Source: Octopus vulgaris
Lineage: Eukaryota
Reading direction: 5' to 3'
NCBI GenBank assembly: GCA_951406725.2
Contig: OX597834.1
Span: forward strand, 28,396,001 to 28,460,000
Length of the DNA: 64,000 bases
The notes under the pieces are model-generated. The model was not told where the DNA came from. It ran no database searches and was given only the letters and a program-made list of their open reading frames with translations. The position numbers and the translations under genes were made by a program. Of the stretch, positions 11,395 through 22,959 are shown one piece after another (the first letter of the stretch is position 1; every line of letters starts with the position of its first letter).

Positions 11395-12333
11395 GGTGTT
11401 ACTTTAGCGTGAGGCCTACCGCAGGATCCTGTCTACGCTGCGAAATTACTTTTAGCGGCGTGCGGTCTACCTTTTCTTGGCCTCTTAACCTGAGTTCATT
11501 TGAACCATTATACGGACATCAACAACTGCAATTTGAGTTTGTGCGAGATTTTAGAGCTGGTGTTCTTTTTTGCAATGGAGATACACAAAGGCGCAGGAGT
11601 GGCTGTGTGGTAAGTAGCTTGCTTACCAACCACATGGTTCCGGGTTCAGTCCCACTGCGTGGCATCTTGAGCAAGTGTCTTCTACTATAGCCTCGGGTCA
11701 ACCAATGCCTTGTGAGTGGATTTGGTAGACGGAAACTGAAAGAAGCCTGTCGTATATATGTATATATTTATATAAGTGTGTGTGTCTGTGTTTGTCCCCC
11801 TAGCATTGCTTGACAACGGATGCTGGTGTGTTTATGTCCCCGTCACTTAGCGGTTCGGCAAAAAGAGATCGATAGAATAAGTACTGGGCTTACAAAGAAT
11901 AAGTCGCGGGGTCGAGTTGCTCGATTAAAGGCGGTGCTCCAGCATGGCCGCAGTCAAATGACTGAAACAAGTAAACGAGAAACGAGAACGAGAAAATGAA
12001 TAAAGCAGTGACTCTAACAGGAAAGTCTTCCAGTACGGTAAATGACTGGTATAATATGTGCAGAGATGTGTGTGGAACCATGGTTTCTCATCGTCAACGG
12101 GGTAAGATGGTTGGAACAAACAACAACCTCATTGAAATCGACGAGGCAAGATTTGCTGGTCGAAGGAAATACAATCGTGGAAGACTGCTAAATGGTGACA
12201 ATGTTCTTCTTGCGCAAGAAAATTACGTAGATGTCCAAAATAACAGGAACCATGGACGTAGATTTGATGGTCCTGACTGTCGATGCTTCTATGTGCAATG
12301 GTGTGACAGAAACACTTTAGTACCAATCATTAA
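11395..12333 (+). mobile_element. Merlin (IS1016/ISXO2-like) DNA transposon remnant, interrupted by a SINE A
   Basis: ORF 11996-12333 TVNDWYNMCRDVC..KMVG..LIEIDEARFAGRRKYNRGR..DRNTLVPII has the Merlin/IS1595 DDE signature (VEIDE..RKY.RGR). Upstream peptide CNLSLCEILELVFFF at ~11527-11572. Putative 5' end GGTGTTACTTTAGCG with a subterminal repeat. Confidence 0.75.
11589..11994 (+). mobile_element. SINE family A, full length, inside Merlin
   Basis: Matches the family A consensus seen in the window. Confidence 0.9.
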
Positions 12334-12748
12334 GGCGGCGAGCTGGCAGAAACGTTAGCACGCCGGGCGAAATGCGTATCCGTATTTCGTCTGCCGTTAC
12401 GTTCTGAGTTCAAATTCCGCCGAGGTCGACTTTGCCTTTCATCCTTTCGGGGTCGATAAATTAAGTACCAGTTACGCACTGGGGGTCGATGTAATCGACT
12501 TAATCCGTTTGTCTGTCCTTGTTTGTCCCTTCTATGTTTAGCCCCTTGTGGGTAGTAAAGAAATAGGTATTTCGTCCGTCTTTATATTCTGAGTTCAAAT
12601 TCCACCGAGGTCGACTTCGCCTTTCATCCTTTCGCGGTCGATAAATTAAGTACTAGTTACGCACTGGGGTCGATGTAATCGACTTAATCCGTTTGTTTGT
12701 CCTTGTTTGTCCCTTCTACGTTTAGCCCCTTGAGGGTTGTAAAGAAAC
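12332..12748 (+). mobile_element. SINE family B dimer (full copy plus head-less copy)
   Basis: Junction AAATAGGTATTTCG at 12561. Confidence 0.85.
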
Positions 12749-12749
12749 A

Positions 12750-12934
12750 TAATTTTTACTGACTTTTTACTTGATTTTTGAGATTGGTCGGGTTCATTTT
12801 TAGCATTCTCGTTTGTGAGAGCAGTCGAGTTTATTTCAGGAATTCTCATTTTAAAAATGATCTCTGGCTAATCGTTGAGAGGACGTTGGTGCTGCCTTGG
12901 CAGAGGTTTGCGCTCTCTGGGTGCTCTTGTTAGT
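12750..12934 (+). mobile_element. 3' end of Helentron/HINE-like element
   Basis: GCCTTGGCAGAGGT sub-terminal repeat (complementary to ACCTCTGCC at the start of 27278-27490), then hairpin GCGCTC-TCT-GGGTGC and TTGTTAGT end. Confidence 0.5.
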
Positions 12935-13502
12935 ATTATTATCATCATCATCATTATGATTATTATTTGCCCCAGCATGGCCACAGCTCGTGAGCTGAAA
13001 CTAGAATCAATCAATCTAAGACTATATTAACCAACGTATCCTTTCCTAAGGTGGTAGAATACAACTTGAAGGAGATTGTAGCTGCTAATTCTACCAGATC
13101 GAGCGACTTACATAGAAGCTCGCTCCCTCGTGGCTCGCTGCTTTACCCACAGATGTTGATAAGAAGGATATCTTAGAGACGGTGGAACTAATCATCCATT
13201 GATAAACAGATCTGATTACGAAAAAAATCAATCTAGTTGTCTGCCTGTCTGTCTATTTGCCGATTTACCTACCTATCGCTGTTACATCTGTCTCTCTCTG
13301 TGTATCTACTTATCTGTGTATTTATCTAGTGAAGGAGATAAATAAATAAATATTGATTGATTGACTGACTGAGTTCAATGAGCTGAATATGAAAGCAAAA
13401 CAAGAAGTCAAAAATGAAACAACAACAACAATAACAACAACGAAACAGATCGATATAATCGAATGTCATGCAATTCGTGTGCAATATCTTGACTGTACTT
13501 AC

Positions 13503-13550
13503 ATATAACGATTTCAGCCGGGTTCTGTGGGTGGTAGTCTTTTTCCTCGT
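13503..13550 (-). other. Candidate 48-nt internal micro-exon of an unidentified host gene
   Basis: Minus strand ctgtttgtgttcttgcag|ACGAGG...GTTATAT|gtaagta in unique DNA. Length is a multiple of 3; open as (D)EEKDYHPQNPAEIVI (phase 1) or TRKKTTTHRTRLKSLY (phase 0). Confidence 0.4.
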
Positions 13551-14024
13551 CTGCAAGAACACAAACAGAATTCTAGGAATTAAACAATGAAATGGTAAGC
13601 GGAATCAGATACAGTTTTCAAGAATGCAATCATCTACCAATAATAATCAACGCTGAATTATCGATCTCTAACACAGGCGCGAGGCTACGAAAGTCTGCAG
13701 GTGTTGTGCGGATGAAAGAGTAACAGTCAATGCAAGTGTTAATCACAGTACAGTAAACCCCCACTCTAATCCAGTTCTCAAATATCCGGAACTCTCAAAT
13801 AACCGGTACCCAGAAGAAGAGAAAAAAAGAAAAGAGAAAATGTAAGTCAAGAGAATTTGTGCTAATTTCATCATCATCACCAACACAAACAAGGTTAGCT
13901 TTCCATATTCGTCTGTCATGCGGCCGCACGGCGTGTCTTTTCTTTTTTTGTCGTTTGTTTTCGTCATTGTCCTGTACGTTCGTTACCACTGACGCCACCA
14001 TGAGTGAACAATGTCAACGATATA

Positions 14025-14463
14025 TATTTCTTTACTACCCACAAGGGGCTCAACACAGAGGGGACAAACAAGGACACACAAAGGGATTAAGTCGAATACA
14101 TCGACCCCAGTGCGAAACTGGTACTTTATTTATCGACCCCGAAAGGATGAAAGGCAAAGTCGACCTCGGCGGAATTTGAACCCAGAACGTAACGGCAGAC
14201 GAAATACGGCTACGCATTTCGCCCGGCGTGCTAACGTTTCTGATTTCTTTATTGCCCACAAGGGGCATAGAGGGGACAAACAAGGACAGACAAAGGGATT
14301 AAGTCGAATACATCGACCCCAGTGCGAAACTGGTACTTTATTTATCGACCCCGAAAGGATGAAAGGCAAAGTCGACCTCGGCGGAATTTGAACCCAGAAC
14401 GTAACGGCAGACGAAATATGGCTACGCATTTCGCCCGGCGTGCTAACGTTTCTGCCAGCTCGC
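14025..14463 (-). mobile_element. Two tandem SINE family B copies
   Basis: Homology to family B; the two copies share diagnostic variants (GTCGAATACA, GAACCCAGA), suggesting local duplication. Confidence 0.85.
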
Positions 14464-14807
14464 AGGATCTTTTGGACGTTGACCGATGAGGAACTAGCTA
14501 CGAATTTTCTGTTTGTTATGAGACTGAACCCGAAGCTAAGAGGTTGAGAAGCAAGCTTCTTACCACACACACAATACGTACATCTCTTTTACTCTTTTAC
14601 TTGTTTCAGTCATTTGACTGCGGCCATGCTGGAGCACCGCCTGTAGTCGAGCAAATCGACCCCAGGACTTATTCTTTGGAAGCCTAATACTTATTCTATC
14701 AGTCTCTATCGTGTCTGTGGAATACTCAGCCACTTGCACGTTAATTTTACGAGCAAGCTGTTCCGTTGATTCCGTTGATCGTTACGCCTGGGACTCTCGT
14801 CATTGTA

Positions 14808-15024
14808 AAGGATCCCATCATCTTTAAACGTAGTCTGGACAGATTTCTTCAGGGAATACCGGATGAGCCACCCATACCTGGATACAACTCACTCAACAAG
14901 AACTCACTACTTGAATGGACCATAAACAAAACTTGACTTAAACAGGATTTAGATAATCCTATCAGGTGGTGGTATTAAGTTAGACATGGCCTGGACCAAT
15001 CTTTGGTCGAAACATATCTAAGTT
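14808..15024 (+). mobile_element. 5'-truncated CR1/Zenon-like LINE 3' end
   Basis: 14811-14936 reads DPIIFKRSLDRFLQGIPDEPPIPGYNSLNKNSLLEWTINKT*, matching the FKxxLDxFLxxIPDxPxxxGY..NSL C-terminus of CR1-group ORF2. 3' UTR stem-loop GACCA-atctt-TGGTC. Confidence 0.75.
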
Positions 15025-15186
15025 ATATATATATATAGTTAATCCAAATAAGAAAACACAAAAAAAAAGGGCGAGGAGGACGTGGAACAAATAAAGTATT
15101 ATTGGACGCTCAGGAAAGAAGGGAAGGAAAGATCCCGAGAAGGGAAGACAGAGGAAAAAAATTGCTGGCGGTGCTCACGAGGTCAC

Positions 15187-15242
<56 letters not shown>

Positions 15243-15244
<2 letters not shown>

Positions 15245-15416
15245 GGAGAGTTCACGAAAAAAACAAAAGACGAAGGCAGGTGCTGTAGAAAACAAACAGA
15301 TGTATTAGTATAACGCTCAGGAATTGAAAAAGTCTTTTACGTTTCGAGCCTACGCTCTTCTACAGAAAGGGACACAGAAAAAAAAACAAGGAGAGAAAAA
15401 ATATGTTGTAGTGGCT
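15243..15416 (-). mobile_element. Penelope-like/retrozyme-like short element, copy 3
   Basis: Homologous to 659-861; abuts (TA)n; hammerhead-like motif 15333-15370. Confidence 0.7.
15333..15370 (-). ncRNA. Minimal type I hammerhead-like motif
   Basis: CCUUU-CUGUAGA-A-GAGC(guag)GCUC-GAAAC-GUA-AAAGA. Confidence 0.55.
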
Positions 15417-15434
15417 CCCGAATACACAGACATA

Positions 15435-15474
<40 letters not shown>

Positions 15475-15804
15475 GGTATATATGGTGTCAGTGATATTGT
15501 ACGACCTACAACTGCAAACAAAGGCAGTCAGTTACAAGAGTGGATGCAGTGCACTGAATTATGTGCATCAACTGCAATCAGTTGCAACCAACAATCAGCG
15601 TTTCTCGTCAGTTATAACAGGATGTATTCCAATATTTGCAGGAAGCGTTTCCAGAAAATTGATTTGTTATCGATTAAGTGAGAGGATACCATGATAGTGT
15701 ATATGCGTGTACGCATGGAAGCGCGCGTGCGTGCGTGTGCCTGTGTTTCTGACTTAAGTGTTTATGTGTGTGAGAGAAAGAGTGTGCATGTCTCAAAGAA
15801 TGCA

Positions 15805-15845
<41 letters not shown>

Positions 15846-15847
15846 GT

Positions 15848-16069
15848 GTGTAAGTCTGAATAAATGCGGTGTGTTTGTGAAGGTGTGTGTTTATTTAAGC
15901 GTTTGTGTGTAGTTATGTGTCTATGAATGCGATTTGTGCACACACACGTGTGTGTGTGTGTGTGTGTGTGTGTAAGTTTGAATAAATGCGGTGTGTTTGT
16001 GAAGGTGTGTGTTTATTTAAGCGTTTGTGTGTAGTTATGTGTCTATGAATGCGATTTGTGCACACACAC

Positions 16070-16090
<21 letters not shown>
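15848..16090. repeat. ~122-bp tandem duplication in TG-rich DNA
   Basis: TAAGT(C/T)TGAATAAATGCGG.. at 15851 and 15973. Confidence 0.85.
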
Positions 16091-16104
<14 letters not shown>

Positions 16105-16421
16105 TGTGTACGTATGTGTGTGTGTGTGTAATCTATGAACAGCAGTCGGTGCGTACACGCATGTATGTGTATGTTTGTTTTCACAAGAAGATCACTGAGT
16201 GTTTGTATGTGATTAACGTATGTGTGTATGTATGTGTATATATGTTTATGCATGTAGTGAACGCGCGTGTGTGTGTGTTATGTTGATATTTGAAGGAAAT
16301 AATTATTGATCCCTATATCCTGCTTGGGTGAAATGAAGTGTGTGTGGGTAAGTGTGTGTGAGAGTGAGAGTCTGTGTGTGTTTATGCTTTCGCATGAGTG
16401 TATATCAGTGTGTTATCACAC

Positions 16422-16465
<44 letters not shown>

Positions 16466-16641
16466 CGTTAGCTCCCACACGCATTTTTTCTCTCCTTGTT
16501 TCTTTTCTGTGTATCTTTCTGTCGAAGAGCGTAGGCTCGAAACGTAAAAGACTTTTTCTATTCCTGAGTGCCATACTAATACATTTGTTTGTTTGTACTC
16601 CACCTACCTTCGTCTTTTGTTTATTTTCGTAAACCTTCCCG

Positions 16642-16642
<1 letters not shown>
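16466..16642 (+). mobile_element. Penelope-like/retrozyme-like short element, copy 2
   Basis: Between (CA)n(TA)n and (TA)n; hammerhead-like motif 16514-16551. Confidence 0.7.
16514..16551 (+). ncRNA. Minimal type I hammerhead-like motif (best preserved)
   Basis: UCUUU-CUGUCGA-A-GAGC(guag)GCUC-GAAAC-GUA|AAAGA: 5-bp stem I, 4-bp stem II, palindromic ACGU stem III, NUH site GUA. Confidence 0.6.
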
Positions 16643-16701
<59 letters not shown>

Positions 16702-17176
16702 CAAAACTTACTTGGAGGAGATGAAACGAAACGAAAACGAATCGAATCGACGCGAGGGCGCTCAGTCATACAATAGTGTAATAAATAAAATATATGCATA
16801 CATACATACATATATGTACGTACATACATCTATATGTATATATACATGCATATAAATATATATACGTGAGTACAGGACATATGCGCGTATGTTGACATGT
16901 GCTTATGTGTGTCTGTGTGTGTATCTACCTGGATATCCCACTTGGGTGAATCAAGTATGGATGAATGGATGTATGCGTGTTTTAGTCTATATATTATATG
17001 TTTTTATAATTTGTCTTCATGTATGTCAGAGTGAGTGAGCGCACCCATGTCTACCTGGGGCATTCTACTTGAGTGAACGATGTAAGCGACCACATTTATG
17101 TATGTGTGTGTGTGTTGTTAGTGTACATACATGACTAGGGTGTGTGTATATGACCTAGTGTATATATACTGTATAT

Positions 17177-17211
<35 letters not shown>

Positions 17212-17306
17212 CATACATATATATATATATGTATGTATATATGTATGTATGTATATATATATATGTATATATATATATGTATATATATATATGTATATAT
17301 AACTGT

Positions 17307-17338
<32 letters not shown>

Positions 17339-17694
17339 ACTGTGATACGTGTGTATAATGAATAACTGGGTTATGTGTTGGCATGAGTGTATTGTGTATA
17401 TAAATATGAATGAGTGTGTATGTACGTGTGGTGGCGGTGGTGGTGGTGTGTGTGTGCGTGGTGTGTGTGATGTGGTGTGGTGTGGTGCCTGCATGCATGA
17501 TTGAGCCCTCTGTGTGTATGTATATTTATGCATCATGATTGGGTGAATAGAGTAAGAGCAAGCGCAGGCGCGTTTTATATGCCTGTGTGTTAAATGCAAG
17601 TGTATTGCGAGTATATGTATGCATATATGTGTGTACACATACACACACACACATAAATGTACTTTTATATTATGTGCTTTATAAGGAATGTGTT

Positions 17695-17725
<31 letters not shown>

Positions 17726-18206
17726 CTGTGTGCTAGTGTGCCCGTGCTCAAGAAAGCATTTTTGTGTGTGGTGTTTGTATCAATGTTTGTATGAATGTGT
17801 GCGTGTGTGTATGTGTATATATATATATATATATATATACAAAGTACATATATACACACGTGCATATATATACTCTTTTACTCTGTGGCCATGCTGGAGC
17901 ACCGCCTTTAGTCGTGCAACTCGACTTCCATGTTTAAGGAAGTTTTTATGCACATTACAGTAACAGGCAATTAAGATCTTCAAGTAGAACGCCATTGTTT
18001 TTTCATAAAGTTAATGACCGGAAGTGGATCTTCAACTAATATTGGTTAAATAGTTCTTTCATAAAAAATAGATAAATAAAATTTAAAAATATGCGATTCA
18101 ATTTTAAAATATGAAGTGCTAAAGTATCTCGTGGTATTATTTCGTTGAACTTATTCAAGTACAAAGTTAAACTGAATTGGTCGAATAATAAAAAAAAAAA
18201 AAAAAA

Positions 18207-18365
18207 CGTGGCTGTGTGGTAAGTAGCTTGCTTACGAACCACATGGTTCCGGGTTCAGGCCCACTTCGTGGCACCTTGGGTAAGTGTCTTCTACTATAGC
18301 CTCGGGCCGACCAAAGCCTTGTGAGTGGATTTGGTAGACGGAAACTGAAAGAGGCGCGTCGTATG

Positions 18366-18460
<95 letters not shown>

Positions 18461-18677
18461 ATGTTTGTGTGTCTGTGTTTGTCCCCCCAACATCGCTTGG
18501 CAACCGATGCTGGTGTGTATACGTCCCCGTAACTTAGCGGTTCGGCAAAAAGAGACCGATAAAATAAGTACTAGGCTTACAAAGAATAAGACCTGGGGTC
18601 GATTTGATCGACTAAAGGCGGTGCTCCAGCATGGCCACAGTCACATGACTGAAACAAGTAAAAGAGTAAAAGAGTAA
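18207..18677 (+). mobile_element. SINE family A
   Basis: Homology to other copies. Confidence 0.9.
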
Positions 18678-19106
18678 CCCAAAACAAAGAAATGGAACTT
18701 AGGATGAATTAGCCATTTGTATAGTATACTTATTGCACACACACTGTCGAAAGGTCAGTTACTGCAGTATTTGTTCTGTGATAATATTACTTATGGAGTT
18801 AAGGCAGCGAGCAGGCAGAATTATTAGCACGCTGGGTGAAATGCTTAGCGGCATTTCGTCCGTCTTCAAACTCCGCTGAGATCGACTTTGCCTTTCATCG
18901 GTTTCCAGGTCGATAAAATAAATGCCCGTTGAGCATTAGGTGTCGATGCCATCAACTTACCACTCCCTGAACTTGCTGTCCTTGTGCCAAAATTTGAAAT
19001 CAATATTATTTGTGGACTTGCTGAGACCAGCGAAAAAGCCAGATGCATTTTTGCTTTTCGGGGACACTTTCAATGGTGCGTAGTGGCAACCAGTCATATA
19101 TATTCA

Positions 19107-19325
19107 GGCAGAAACGTTAGCACACCGGGCGAAATGCGTAGCGGTATTGCGTCTGTCGTTGCGTTCTGAGTTCAAATTCCGCCGAGGTCGACTTTGCCTT
19201 TCATCCTTTCGGGGTCGATAAATTAAGTACCAGTTACGCACTGGGGTTGATGTAATCGACTTAATCCGTTTGTCTGTCCTTGTTTGTCCCTTCTATGTTT
19301 AGCCCCTTGTGGGCAATAAAGAAAC
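19107..19325 (+). mobile_element. SINE family B (young)
   Basis: Homology to other copies. Confidence 0.85.
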
Positions 19326-19355
19326 ATATATATTCAGGCGTGAATTCGTTATAAT

Positions 19356-19691
19356 CATGATGATGAGATGGTGACGATAATGATGACGATGATGAAGATG
19401 ACGACGACGACGAGAATGATAATTGTGACGATGATGATAACAACAGTGATGAAAACAATAACTGATGGTGACGACGACGATGATGATGAAGACGACGACG
19501 ATGATGATGAAGACGACGACGATGATTACGACGACGACGACGACGACGACGATGATGACGACGACGACGACAATGATGATGATGACGACAACGACGACGA
19601 CGATGATGACGACGACGACGATGATGACGACGACGATGATGATGACGACGACGACGATGATGATGACGACGACGACGACGACGACGATGAT

Positions 19692-19723
<32 letters not shown>

Positions 19724-19893
19724 CGACGATGATGATGACGACGACGACGATGATGACGACGACGACGATGATGATGACGACGACGATGATGACGACGACG
19801 TCGACGAGAATGATAATTGTGACGATGATGATAACAACAGCGATGAAAACAATAACAGTGATAATGCCGATGACGATGATGATGATGATGATG
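19356..19893. repeat. (GAC/GAT)n triplet tract
   Basis: Direct; bracketed by a ~55-bp direct repeat. Confidence 0.95.
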
Positions 19894-20285
19894 CAACTTT
19901 TCACCTGGAATGCACCACTACCTGTAACTTTTGTTATTCTTACTCTTTCTCACGTCGCACAACGCAACTCAATGTTTATTTTATATTTATCTTATTCACT
20001 TATCGTTTGCTTGATTGACTTTTTAGCCCACACAAACCACCTTTTTAGTCTTCTCATATTCTATTAGATTAGTCATACCTCACCGACTTATTACTGGTAC
20101 CGAACAATTAGTCCGCACGCAGTACCTGCTTCTAGCAAAACATGTAACTCGGTACAAACACATTTCATGGTCGGCTGGTTACCGAACAACTTCCTCCAAA
20201 CTCACTCGCACAGACTTCACTGGATAAAGGTAGAATGAGGGCGCCTAGCCGGATTAAAAAAAACATGTCGACAAATACGGATACT

Positions 20286-20700
20286 CTCTCTTTTACTCTT
20301 TACTCTTTTACTTGTTTCAGTCATTTGACTGCGGCCATGCTGGAGCACCGCCTTTTTTTAGTCGAGCAAATCGACCCCGGGACTTATTCTTTGTAAGCCC
20401 AGTACTTATTCTATCGGTCCCTTTTTGCCGAACCGCTAAGTGACGGGGACGTAAACACACCAGCATCCGTTGTCAAGCAATGCTAGGGAGACAAACACAG
20501 ACACACAAACACACACACACGTACATATATATACATATATACGACAGGCTTCTTTCAGTTTCCGTCAACCAAATCCACTCACAAGGCATTGGTCGGCCCG
20601 GGGCTATAGTAGAAGACACTTGCCCAAGATGCCACGCAGTGGGACTGAACCCGGAACCATGTGGTTGGTTAGCAAGCTACTTACCTCACAGCCACTCCTG
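20286..20700 (-). mobile_element. SINE family A
   Basis: Homology to other copies. Confidence 0.9.
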
Positions 20701-20826
20701 CATCAAATACAACTTAAATAGCCGTTTGGTAATTATGGTTCATCTTCTAGAAGCAAAGATTATTTTAATATATCAAGAATTTGTATTATATGGTATTTGA
20801 TATGCCTGCATTTGTCTATGTTGTTC

Positions 20827-21517
20827 ATATGGCCCCTGAGGGTCCATATAAGAATTTGGGGTGGGGGGTCCATTACAACAACAAAATAATAAGCTGGAGA
20901 TCCACAATGGTATTTTAAAGGCCCCTGAAAAAAATTTGCTTTAGATGTATGCATTGGGAAGCACTCCGTCGGTTACGACGATGAGGGTTCCGGTTGATCC
21001 GAATCAACGGAACAGCCTGCTCGTGAAATTAACGTGTAAGTGGCTGAGCACTCCACAGACACGTGCACCCTTAACGTAGTTCTCGGGGATATTCAGCGTG
21101 ACACAGAGAGTGACACGGCCGGCCCTTTGAAATACAGGTACAACAGAAACAGGAAGTAAGAGTGAGAGAAAGTTGTGGTGAAAGAGTACAGCAGGGATCA
21201 CCACCATCCCCTGCCGGAGCCTCGTGGAACTTTAGGTGTTTTCGCTCAATAAACACTCACAACGCCCGGTCTGGGAATCGAAACCGCGATCCTATGACCG
21301 CGAGTCCGCTGCCCTAACCACTGGGCCATTGCGCCTCCACGTGTAGGCATTAGTACGTATTGCAAGAGACAGGTTTAATGCGTGAAAAACAAAATAGGAA
21401 TTTTGAAAAAAATTCTATAAAACTAGTTTTTAAACATCGAATGGCTTTGAGAGTCCACCGGAATAAAATAATAATCAAGGGGGTCTATAGATAAAAAGGA
21501 ATGGTTGAGAACCCCTG
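20827..21517. mobile_element. hAT-Charlie/MER5-like MITE containing a SINE C
   Basis: Ends GGTTGAGAACCCCTG (CAGGGGTTCTCAACC-type TIR). Homologous to 53298-53432, which ends GGCTGAGAATCACTG. Confidence 0.6.
20956..21340 (-). mobile_element. SINE family C (tRNA head GGAGGCGCAATGGCCCAGTGG; tail X)
   Basis: A-box TGGCCCAGTGG, B-box GGTTTCGATTCC; near-identical to 27523, 36494 and 61000. Confidence 0.9.
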
Positions 21518-21650
21518 ATATACATGTCTTATTTTCAGACACTAAATCTATCCTTTTCTTTAAAAGCATGTCGACTTTAGACAATTTTGGGATTTTGAGA
21601 TTATCTCCCTTTTCCAAGTGGATCTCGCCTTAATTGCCATTTATTAATTA

Positions 21651-22047
21651 CTAGCAGTATCGCCCGGCGTTGCTCGGGTTTGTAAGGGAAATAACTATAT
21701 AAGCATTTTTAGAGAGTTATAGCCAAAAAATAGCAAAAAAATGCATTAAAAATGGGAAAAAAATTATGGTAAATTTTTTTAAGAATCGTTGACTCATCGT
21801 AGACATTTTTAGAGAGTTACTTCCCTTATATAATAGCGAAAAAAATGCATTAAAATGGAAAAAATAATGGTAAATTTTTTTTTAATCGTATACTCATCGT
21901 AGACGCGCGCTAATACCCAGAAGGGCTCGATATGAATCACGACTATAAGATACCCGGTTTTGGTTAAACTGCACCGCAAAATGTGGGAGTAGTTAGGAAT
22001 CTAAATCGTAGGAGACAGACACACAACTTCACTTTTATATATAAAGA
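21651..22047 (-). mobile_element. Non-autonomous Helitron, copy 1
   Basis: Minus strand 5'-TC...hairpin CCCGAGCAACGCCGGG...CTAG-3', inserted between A and T with no TSD. Second copy at 38817-39200. Confidence 0.85.
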
Positions 22048-22715
22048 TGATACATCCTCTAGAGGCGGAGATAATTTTAATAAACGAAGGACTTATGTTG
22101 TGTGGTATTTGGTAGACTTGTATTGGTCTATATTATTCAAATACATGCCACTGGTCACTTTGAAAAATTTCTCTTAGATCATCTTTTGTTTAAATTATGC
22201 AAAGTTGCTAAGCCATGTGTCCCACACATTTATGCAGAGCTGGGTCCCTAGACCCGAGAAACCCCAGGCAACTGATCAGTGAGCCCAAGCCTTAAGACGG
22301 CACTGTGTGACAAAGTTCGTTGAAAGCTATTCATATGGGGATACTACGAGCCTTTAAAAGGACCTTTCTTGCATCCGCGCCTTGATTAGTTTTCGCCGTT
22401 AAAAACGCGATTAGCAAAAAAAAAAACTCCATCGAGAGGACCCTAGAAGAAGGAAAAGTAAAACCGACGTCAGCAAGATTTGAAACCAGGAAAGTAAAGA
22501 AAGAAATGTGACTAAATATTATACTACGCAGCATATTTTCTCCGACGCTCCACCGATTCCGCCAATAAAGACATTGAGTGTTGTTACTGTTAGTGCTGCT
22601 GTTTTTGTTGTTGTTGTTGTTGTTTAGACCTAGGGTCGAAGGCGTTCCAGCCAGCCAGCCGTGATCATCCCGCCTTCCAGAGATACATTGTCGAATATAA
22701 GATGGGAAGCTATTT

Positions 22716-22780
<65 letters not shown>

Positions 22781-22959
22781 TGACACAGAAAGAACACCCC
22801 CCCCCAGATATTTGACTGTTATTTTTGGAAAGTCAAACGCCCCCACGGAGGCTCCGTCCTACCCCCAATTTCCGCCGCTGACTCGTTGCCTTTATTGTGC
22901 GAGAGAATCTATATCGATTTCTGGTCTTCTCTTTGTATACAACGCGATATTTGGTAAAG

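Noticed and set aside
19368-20018. Poly-Asp (aspein-like) protein
   Set aside because: Triplet microsatellite open in nearly all frames, directly after a SINE; no signal peptide or exon boundaries.
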